Below, piece by piece: positions 17,056-23,741 of a stretch of DNA of 32,000 nucleotides (position 1 is the stretch's first letter; each line of letters begins with the position of its first letter). The position numbers were made by a program, and so were the translations under genes. The stretch lies in assembly GCF_000022265.1 (NCBI RefSeq), contig NC_011979.1:1350001-1382000 (forward strand), in the 5' to 3' direction. Under the pieces are notes generated by a model that saw only the letters and a list, made by a program, of their open reading frames with translations, was not told where the DNA came from and searched no databases. Source of the stretch: Geotalea daltonii FRC-32. Lineage in GTDB: Bacteria > Desulfobacterota > Desulfuromonadia > Geobacterales > Geobacteraceae.

Positions 17056-18165
17056 ATGAACCAGCGTCTGCCATTTCGTTATATGGAACCCACCTTTTTT
17101 GCCGGTCTTCTGGATGACCCTTTGCTTTTGGTCAATGTCCGCCCCTTTGGGCGGGCTCTCCTCTTCGACTGCGGCCAACTCCACCATTTGGCGAAGCGCG
17201 TGCTGAGATCCATCAACGCCATTTTTATAAGCCATGCCCATATGGACCATTTCATGGGCATGGATACCTTTATCCGCCACAACCATGTCTCCCCCAGAAT
17301 TGTCGACATCTTTGGCCCCCCCGGCATCTCCGGCAGAATGGAGTGCAAGCTGCAGAGCTATGACTGGAATCTATCCGAACACTACTGGTGTACCTTTCGC
17401 GTCCATGAGGTCAGCTTTGAACATCTGCAGACATCGGTCTTTGCCGGCGCAGACGGCTTCAGGCGCCGGAAGCCTGAAAGCCGTGCCCTTGTTAACCGCA
17501 ATATCTATGAAAATGCGTGGCTTAAGGTGGAGGCACTTTTGTGTGACCACAAGATTCCGTCGCTGATGTTCCGCGTCACGGAGCGGGAATCCTTTGCCAT
17601 CGACGAGGGGAAGCTGGCTGCGGCAGGACTGGTAAAGGGGGATTGGCTCAGGCAGTTGAAGAAATGTTTTCATGGCGGAATTCTTGATGATGGGCGGGTT
17701 ACTGTCACCAAACTGAAGGAAGGAGATGTCGTGTCTGAAGAAGTTTCAGACCTCAAAAGCCTTTACGAGTCCATCCGCCGTAAACAGATCGCCGCTTCTA
17801 TAGGCTATGTGACTGATGTGGGTTTTACGGAAGAGAATCTGGACAAGATGGAGCGGTTTCTGAAAGGGGTGACACTGCTCGTTTGCGAATGTTCCTTTGT
17901 TGCCGAGGATATGGATAAGGCCAGAGCTTCACGCCACCTTTGCACCACGGATCTGAATCATCTTCTGAAATGCCTCAAGCCGCAGTTCATTCTCCCCATG
18001 CACTTGTCAAAGGCCTACCTGGAGCGGAGTCGGCTTGTATACCGTCAATTGAAGGCACCTCCAGGGGTGACCGTACTGAAAGTCGTGGATCGAGTGACGC
18101 CTCGCCCGCTGATAACAGGGGAGATTCCTCCCCCGGAACGGCTCCATTGTAACAGCCGAGGGTGA
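17056..18165 (+). CDS. MBL-fold metallo-hydrolase (RNase Z/BN-like)
   Basis: ISHAHMDHFMG (HxHxDH) and a C-terminal ...LPMHLS motif. The start is ambiguous (TTG 17023, ATG 17026, 17056 or 17083) with no clear RBS. The stop at 18165 is firm. Confidence 0.8.
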   Translation: MNQRLPFRYMEPTFFAGLLDDPLLLVNVRPFGRALLFDCGQLHHLAKRVLRSINAIFISHAHMDHFMGMDTFIRHNHVSPRIVDIFGPPGISGRMECKLQSYDWNLSEHYWCTFRVHEVSFEHLQTSVFAGADGFRRRKPESRALVNRNIYENAWLKVEALLCDHKIPSLMFRVTERESFAIDEGKLAAAGLVKGDWLRQLKKCFHGGILDDGRVTVTKLKEGDVVSEEVSDLKSLYESIRRKQIAASIGYVTDVGFTEENLDKMERFLKGVTLLVCECSFVAEDMDKARASRHLCTTDLNHLLKCLKPQFILPMHLSKAYLERSRLVYRQLKAPPGVTVLKVVDRVTPRPLITGEIPPPERLHCNSRG

Positions 18166-20347
18166 AATAGAAAGAGGCTCCATCACCGGGAGAACTTTCC
18201 GCCCATATTCTTCCGCCGTGCCGCTGGATGATACGTTGGACGGTGGCAAGGCCAATACCGTTTCCCGGAAATTCATGTTCGCTATGCAGCCTCTGGAACG
18301 GGGCGAATAATTTATCGGCATGGGCCATGTTAAACCCGGCCCCGTTGTCGCGGATAAGGAAAACTGTGCTGCCATTTTCGACCCGGCTGGAAAACTCGAT
18401 GCGTGTGTCCGGCTCTTTGGAAGTATATTTCCAGGCGTTACCGAATAGATTTTCCATTACAGATCTTAATAAACTCGGGTCACCCTTAACCACCATTCCG
18501 TTATCAATGATGAAAGAAACATTTCGTTCGGGGCAGGTGATGTGCAGTTCGGCTGTGACCACTATGGCAAGTTCGCTGAGGTCAACATCTTCATGCCGTA
18601 GCTCCCTTCGGCCGATCCGGGAAAAATCCAGCATCGCATCGATGATCTGTTCCATTCGCCGTCCGCCATTTGCTATCACCTCCACATATTTCCGCCCTTG
18701 ATCGTCAAGATGTTCACTGCAGTCCTCCAGAAGCAGTTGGCTGTATCCATAGATAGTGCGCAGCGGGGACCTCAAGTCATGGGAGACGGAGTAACTGAAC
18801 GACTCCAGCTCGCGACAGGCCTCGGCCAGACGCTCTGTCCGTTCCGCCACCCGCTGTTCAAGTTCCGCATTCAATCTTAAAATCTCTTCTTCGGCTTCCT
18901 TGCGTGCAGATATGTCACGCACCGCCTCTATAGCCCCCACAACGGCTCCACTACCATCTTTGAGAGGCGAAGCGGTGATCTCCACATGTTTCTTGAATCC
19001 ATTCTGCTCAACTGTCCTGACAGCACTGTGAACCTGCAGGTCTTGAATAGCCATTGCTACCGGGCAACTGCTGCAGACCTGAGATTGCCCCTCGTATACA
19101 CGGTAGCAGTACTCGCCGATGTGATCGCCATAAAGCTTTTTGTGAATGTGGTTCTGGTAGGCAATCCTGTGATCGGTGTCCCGGATGCTCAAGCCATCTC
19201 CCAGGCATGACAAGATTGCTTCAAGCTTGTTCCGTTCATCCAGAAGCTCCTCAGCAACCATCTTCTGCTCGGTGACATCAGCGACCATGGCGTAAAGGAT
19301 CTTTTCATCCGAGTCCGGTTGGAGGTGCCACTGTAGCCAGCGTTCGGGACCGTGGGAAGGCATGTATTTCTTTTCGAAACAAATAGGAGAAACTTTTCCA
19401 TCTTCGGGTATGAATGACAGATTGCCGTCGCGGCGGGTCTCAAAACCGAAGTCGGTCAGCCGCCTTCCCTTGAGCTCGTCGGAAGGAATGCCCAGAACAT
19501 GGCTGGATGCTGGGCTGGCGAGCAAGAATGTGCCCTCGAAGCTTATCAGTCCAAGCATGCCAGGGCTCAGATTGAAGACGTTTTTTATCACCTGCTCCGC
19601 TGTTCCCATGCGTCTGCTGAGATTGCCCCAATAGGTTCCCAGAAAAAAAGGTATGGACCAGATGTGCAGATTGTGCCTGATCGGGGCATAGATATCCACA
19701 TGACGTTCATCGCTGATGATGTTGAAAATCATCAGGAACTCGTCGAAAAACAGGAATAAAAAACCGCACAGCAGGGTTTTAGAGACATTTTTTCCCTGTG
19801 CTGCAGCAGATATGAAGGCGCCAAGGACAAGCAGCATGAAAAGGGCTGCTGCAGAGCGGAAGGCCATATCCCCCCAGAATCTGCCGAATGAGACGCCGGG
19901 GTGGTGGGCCAGGAAACCCGGCCAATGGGCAGCTGTCAGCCAGTAAAGCACAATGGTTGTGAATAGGCTGCCTGCGAGAAAGGGGCGGGAGAAACTTGGA
20001 AAGTGAAGCTGGTAGTTGAGAAACGCATAGCCGATAAGGAGCCCGGAGATCATGGTGGCGGCATGTTCCAGGGGGGGATAATAATTATACATGAAGTCGA
20101 ACGGTACCATTTGCCGCCAGGCACCATATTCGGCGGCAAACATCAGCAGTTCGCGGGACATGCCTGTGGTCGAAGCTATTGCAACCCATAAGTCTTTGCT
20201 TTCCCTGGTCCTGAGCCATTCCCTGAATGCTACACCTGCAAGAATGGACCAAAAAAAGGTCGGCAGGAGGAAACGCACTGTAACGTTGCCCGGTTCGCCA
20301 CCCTTGCCTCCTCCGAATTGGGCCAGGATTTCCAGCAGTTCATTCAT
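17987..20347 (-). CDS. Sensor histidine kinase: polytopic membrane N-domain, PAS repeats, HisKA, HATPase_c
   Basis: 786 aa. About 250 aa of hydrophobic multi-pass N-terminus. PAS-like segments. H-box FSYSVSHDLRSPL. N/G boxes, ending GDGASFYFTLG plus a roughly 55-aa tail antisense to the MBL gene. Confidence 0.88.
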   Translation of the reverse strand: MNELLEILAQFGGGKGGEPGNVTVRFLLPTFFWSILAGVAFREWLRTRESKDLWVAIASTTGMSRELLMFAAEYGAWRQMVPFDFMYNYYPPLEHAATMISGLLIGYAFLNYQLHFPSFSRPFLAGSLFTTIVLYWLTAAHWPGFLAHHPGVSFGRFWGDMAFRSAAALFMLLVLGAFISAAAQGKNVSKTLLCGFLFLFFDEFLMIFNIISDERHVDIYAPIRHNLHIWSIPFFLGTYWGNLSRRMGTAEQVIKNVFNLSPGMLGLISFEGTFLLASPASSHVLGIPSDELKGRRLTDFGFETRRDGNLSFIPEDGKVSPICFEKKYMPSHGPERWLQWHLQPDSDEKILYAMVADVTEQKMVAEELLDERNKLEAILSCLGDGLSIRDTDHRIAYQNHIHKKLYGDHIGEYCYRVYEGQSQVCSSCPVAMAIQDLQVHSAVRTVEQNGFKKHVEITASPLKDGSGAVVGAIEAVRDISARKEAEEEILRLNAELEQRVAERTERLAEACRELESFSYSVSHDLRSPLRTIYGYSQLLLEDCSEHLDDQGRKYVEVIANGGRRMEQIIDAMLDFSRIGRRELRHEDVDLSELAIVVTAELHITCPERNVSFIIDNGMVVKGDPSLLRSVMENLFGNAWKYTSKEPDTRIEFSSRVENGSTVFLIRDNGAGFNMAHADKLFAPFQRLHSEHEFPGNGIGLATVQRIIQRHGGRIWAESSPGDGASFYFTLGCYNGAVPGEESPLLSAGEASLDPRLSVRSPLEVPSIDGIQADSAPGRPLTSAWGE

Positions 20348-20418
20348 AGCAGGTATTCTCCATCAAAACAAAGGCAGGCCAAACTGAATGGCTTGCAGGC
20401 TCGTCTGGACCCGCGGGT

Positions 20419-21789
20419 CTAGCCGAGAGTGAAATAGAAGATTGCTCCCTCGTTAGCTTCCCCCTCGCCCCAGACATGTCCACCATGCCGTTCCACTATC
20501 TGCTTCACCGCGGCAAGACCGATTCCTGTTCCCTCAAAGCCGTCCTCTTCATGAAGACGTTGGAAGGCCTCAAATATTTTTCCGGCCAAGGCCGTGTCAA
20601 AACCGATTCCGTTATCGCTGATAAAGTAAGTTCTGATTTGATTGAGCTCCTTGCTGCCGAAACGAATAATCGTCTCCTGGCGGTTTATGGTGTACTTCCA
20701 GGCATTGTCCATCAGGTTCAGGATGGCTTTCCTCAACAATCGAGAATCGCCCCAGGCATTTATGTTGTCCTCAATGAAGAAGCGGGCACTGCGTGCCGGG
20801 TCCTGCACTTGAAGGTTATGGGCGATGGCACGGGCCAAATTGCTGAGGTCAATCTGTTCACGCCGCATCTCGATGCGTGATATCATAGAAAGATCGAGAA
20901 GGTTTTCTATCAGGGTACCCATTCGTTCACTGGATGAGCAGAGGCGGGTCAGGTGATTCTGTCCCTCCTCGTCCAGCTTCGAGCTGTATTTTTCCAGCAG
21001 CAGGTTACCGTAGCCGTTTATAAGCCGCAAAGGCGCGCGCAGATCATGTGCAACAGAATGACAGAACGACTCCATTGACTGATTGGCCTGTTCCAGCATG
21101 CAGGCACGTTTTTCCAGATCGTCGTTCAGGTGCCGGATTTTTGACTCAAAATCCTTTCTATCGTTGACATAACGGTTGATGGCATAAAAACCGGAAGCCA
21201 GGAGTAGCAGGTAGAGGAGCGTTCCGGTGATGATGGTGATCATCGTCATGCTGTTTTGCCGGCCTGCTTTCGAGATTCTTTCCTGCAGCAGATCCGATTC
21301 AGCTCTTCCCATCTGGCCGGTAATCCAGCGGATATTATCCATGCTTTCCTTACCGCTTCCCAGGAGGACCATTTGCTGGGCAGTGGCAAATCCAGCGGCT
21401 TTGCGCAGCATGATGGTTTTGTTCAGCTCGTCGAACTTGGCGGCGATGAGAGGCTTCAGCCGATTGAAGTTGTCCAGCTGAGACGGCCTGTTTCCGACCA
21501 GACTCTCCAGCATTGCGAGGCTGGTGGCGATCGAAGCCTGGGCAGACCTGTACGGTTCAAGATAGCTTTCATCCCCTGTTATTATGTAGCCGCGCTGTCC
21601 TGTTTCGGCGTCCTTCATCACTGAAAGGATCGTTTCCAGTTCTTTCTGCACCTCATATGAACGCATTACGTCGTTGTTTGCATCAAAGAGCCTGAAAGCA
21701 TTACGGTACGATGTCAGGCTGATTATGAGCAGAATCATGACAATTGCAGAAAAGAAAAGAGCCATTTTATTGTGAATAGTCCAATCCAT
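20419..21789 (-). CDS. Sensor histidine kinase with periplasmic CHASE3-like domain
   Basis: N-terminal TM helix, then SYRNAFRLFDANNDVMRSYEVQKELETILSVMKDAETGQRGYIITGDESYLEPY (CHASE3 pattern), and a second TM helix. H-box FCHSVAHDLRAPL. HATPase ends GAIFYFTLG-stop. ATG 21789 is preferred over the TTG at 21801. Confidence 0.9.
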   Translation of the reverse strand: MDWTIHNKMALFFSAIVMILLIISLTSYRNAFRLFDANNDVMRSYEVQKELETILSVMKDAETGQRGYIITGDESYLEPYRSAQASIATSLAMLESLVGNRPSQLDNFNRLKPLIAAKFDELNKTIMLRKAAGFATAQQMVLLGSGKESMDNIRWITGQMGRAESDLLQERISKAGRQNSMTMITIITGTLLYLLLLASGFYAINRYVNDRKDFESKIRHLNDDLEKRACMLEQANQSMESFCHSVAHDLRAPLRLINGYGNLLLEKYSSKLDEEGQNHLTRLCSSSERMGTLIENLLDLSMISRIEMRREQIDLSNLARAIAHNLQVQDPARSARFFIEDNINAWGDSRLLRKAILNLMDNAWKYTINRQETIIRFGSKELNQIRTYFISDNGIGFDTALAGKIFEAFQRLHEEDGFEGTGIGLAAVKQIVERHGGHVWGEGEANEGAIFYFTLG

Positions 21790-21822
21790 GGGTGCCCCCA
21801 AGACGCTGCTTCACTGCAGCGC

Positions 21823-21838
21823 TGCAATGGAACTGCCA
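21823..21838 (-). promoter_or_regulatory. Sigma-54 (RpoN) -24/-12 promoter driving the histidine-kinase pair
   Basis: The - strand reads TGGCAGTTCCATTGCA, against consensus TGGCAC-N5-TTGCA, with exact spacing. The predicted TSS is about 21812, roughly 23 nt upstream of the ATG at 21789. Confidence 0.6.
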
Positions 21839-21854
21839 ACAGTCGCTTAAGACG

Positions 21855-21901
21855 AAAAAAAACCGCTCTAATCAGCTTTTCAACTGAAAAAGAGCGGTTT
21901 T
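21855..21901 (-). terminator. Rho-independent terminator on the - strand, upstream of the sigma-54 promoter
   Basis: The - strand reads AAAACCGCTCT-(21-nt loop with inner TCAG/CTGA pairing)-AGAGCGGT followed by T8 (21855-21862). On the + strand only T4 follows the hairpin. Confidence 0.6.
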
Positions 21902-21965
21902 ACCGAATGTTCCGATAGAGGAAGAGCACATTCGTACTCCGGGAAGCTTTAAAAGCAATTTAATT
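21855..21965 (-). ncRNA. Candidate ~110-nt small RNA (promoter plus terminator unit); could instead be an enhancer/UAS region
   Basis: On the - strand: TTGACA (complement of 21995-22000), 18-nt spacer, TATTTT (complement of 21971-21976). Then a 7-bp stem CGAATGT/ACATTCG (21904-21910 / 21928-21934) whose loop in the RNA sense is GCUCUUCCUCUAUCGGA. Then the intrinsic terminator. Confidence 0.3.
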
Positions 21966-22119
21966 TTATTAAAATAAACTTGTGTGATGGCGGGTGTCAA
22001 TACAAAAATACCGGAGGAGGGAAGCGCACAGGCTGCTGCCCTCGGAAAGATCTACTTTCTCTTGAGAAAGCAGGGGAGATGTTGTTGCGGGAACCGGGGT
22101 TTTTTGATAAAAAGTGAGG

Positions 22120-22485
22120 ATGAAAAACGATGAGCCCAAAAACTCACGATTAGTCTACTCTTCCGAGCATGGTCGTATCTGTCCCGTTTGCGGCCGGCCA
22201 AGCATCGCCTGCAGTTGCAAAAAAAATCCGGAAAGAGCCAGTGGGGACGGCATTGTAAGGGTTCAGCGCGAAAGCAAGGGGCGTGGGGGCAAAACGGTAA
22301 CGGTTATCACCGGACTGCCAGGTGATGACTACGCGCTAAAAGCCATTGCCGGTGAATTAAAGCGCCGCTGCGGCACCGGCGGTACCCTCAAGGACGGCAA
22401 TATAGAAATTCAGGGGGACCACCGCGACCTGTTGGTGGCTGAACTGGAAAAGAAAGGATTCAAGGTCAAACGGGCGGGGGGCTGA
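22120..22485 (+). CDS. yciH: SUI1/eIF1-family translation factor YciH
   Basis: NSRLVYSSEHGRICPVCG...GDGIVRVQRESKGRGGKTVTVITGL...LKRRCGTGGTLKDGNIEIQGDHRDLLVAELEKKGFKVKRAGG is colinear with E. coli YciH. ATG 22120 (GTGAGG RBS) is preferred over the GTG at 22114. Confidence 0.9.
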   Translation: MKNDEPKNSRLVYSSEHGRICPVCGRPSIACSCKKNPERASGDGIVRVQRESKGRGGKTVTVITGLPGDDYALKAIAGELKRRCGTGGTLKDGNIEIQGDHRDLLVAELEKKGFKVKRAGG

Positions 22486-22490
22486 TTTGT

Positions 22491-22688
22491 TCATTCAACG
22501 TGAAATGTTTTTCCACCCAGGCTGACCCGGTCTCCCGGTCTTAGTTTCCGGCCCCGCCTCAACTCAACCTCGCCGTTTACCTCAACCTCCCCTTCACCGA
22601 TAATAATCTTTGCTTCGCCCCCTGAACAGACCGCGTTGACTGCCTTCAAAAAACTGTCAAGCTTGATGTATTCCGTATCTATTTTCAT
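22491..22688 (-). CDS. Small S4-domain RNA-binding protein (YbcJ-like)
   Basis: 65 aa. IKLDSFLKAVNAVCSGGEAKIIIGEGEVEVNGEVELRRGRKLRPGDRV matches the S4/YbcJ pattern. Confidence 0.85.
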   Translation of the reverse strand: MKIDTEYIKLDSFLKAVNAVCSGGEAKIIIGEGEVEVNGEVELRRGRKLRPGDRVSLGGKTFHVE

Positions 22689-22777
22689 TTCTCATCTCCA
22701 TTTCCGTGTCTGTCGTGGGTTGAATTTATCACCTTTTTCTGCTAAAGGTGAAAGAATTATTTTTCAAGGAGATAGCC

Positions 22778-23341
22778 ATGTTCACCACTTCAGATTTCAA
22801 AAAGGGACTTGTCATCCAGCTGGATGGAGCCCCCTGCATATTGGTCGATGTCACCTTTCAATCCCCTTCTGCCCGTGGCGCCAACACCATGGTCAAAACC
22901 AAATACCGCAACCTTATCACCGCCCAGGTGCTGGAAAAGACCTTTCGCTCCGGCGATAAGGTAGATGAGGCTGATTTCGAGAGGCACAAGGGGCAGTTTC
23001 TTTATGCCGACGGCGACAAGGGGATCTTCATGGACCTGGAGACCTATGAGCAGTTCGAGCTGGAGGCGGATGCTTTCGAAGCTATCGCCCATTTCCTGTT
23101 GGAGGGAACAGAAGTGCAGCTGGGGCTTTTCGAGGGGAGAATGGTCAACGTCGACCTGCCCATGACCGTAGAGCTCACTGTTACGGATACGGCGCCGGTG
23201 CTGAAGAATGCCACTGCCACCGCCCAGACCAAGGAAGCTGTACTGGAGACCGGCTTCAGAATCCAGGTGCCGCCATATCTCAATAGCGGCGAAAAGATCA
23301 AAGTTGACACAAGGGATGGCAGGTTCATTTCCAGGGCTTAA
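22778..23341 (+). CDS. efpL: Elongation factor P-like protein (EfpL/YeiP subfamily)
   Basis: 187 aa with the EF-P three-domain layout. The tip loop reads QSPSARGANT with Arg at residue 33, compared with E. coli YeiP QSPTARGAAT. The canonical EF-P loop with a modified Lys is absent. AAGGAGA RBS; ATG 22778 is preferred over the ORF-track 22748. Confidence 0.85.
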   Translation: MFTTSDFKKGLVIQLDGAPCILVDVTFQSPSARGANTMVKTKYRNLITAQVLEKTFRSGDKVDEADFERHKGQFLYADGDKGIFMDLETYEQFELEADAFEAIAHFLLEGTEVQLGLFEGRMVNVDLPMTVELTVTDTAPVLKNATATAQTKEAVLETGFRIQVPPYLNSGEKIKVDTRDGRFISRA

Positions 23342-23362
23342 GTTCTTACAGGGAAAAAATCA

Positions 23363-23391
23363 TTGACAAAAAGAGGAATTGCCGCTATAAA
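23363..23391 (+). promoter_or_regulatory. Sigma-70 promoter for tRNA-Phe
   Basis: TTGACA (23363-23368), 17-nt spacer, TATAAA (23386-23391). About 14 nt upstream of the mature tRNA 5' end. Confidence 0.7.
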
Positions 23392-23404
23392 GTGGGTTCC
23401 TTTT

Positions 23405-23480
<76 letters not shown>

Positions 23481-23492
23481 GTTAAGCTCGAT

Positions 23493-23538
23493 AAAGCAGG
23501 CACTTACCATACCGACGTGAGTGCCTGCTTTCTTTTTT
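23493..23538 (+). terminator. Rho-independent terminator after tRNA-Phe
   Basis: AAAGCAGGCACT-(15-nt loop)-AGTGCCTGCTTT followed by CTTTTTT. Confidence 0.8.
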
Positions 23539-23583
23539 GACGCAGATGAAAAAACGCCGCAATATTTTTACAGCCTTATTGGA

Positions 23584-23610
23584 CAAATTGAAATTGTAAT
23601 TTTCAATTTG
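23584..23610. promoter_or_regulatory. Perfect 10-bp AT-rich inverted repeat (candidate operator) upstream of the DUF748 gene
   Basis: CAAATTGAAA (23584-23593), 7-nt spacer, TTTCAATTTG (23601-23610). It overlaps a TTGACA hexamer at 23608-23613. Confidence 0.4.
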
Positions 23611-23741
23611 ACAATTCGGTTGACGGCCCCTTACCAGGCACCTTCCGACAGTCTTTGCTCCTTTCCATTCCTTTGTTCTTGCTTAATAATTCGATGGTTG
23701 TAGACTAGCCCCATGAAATGTTCTTTCTGAAGGAGGCCGCC

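Noticed and set aside
22032-22113. Alternative hairpins GAAAG-ATCTA-CTTTC / CTTTC-TCTTGA-GAAAG and a CCGGGGTTTTTT tract upstream of yciH, which could be an attenuator.
   Set aside because: The stems are only 5 bp, and the T-run is not preceded by a convincing complementary GC stem. This is insufficient to call a regulatory RNA.
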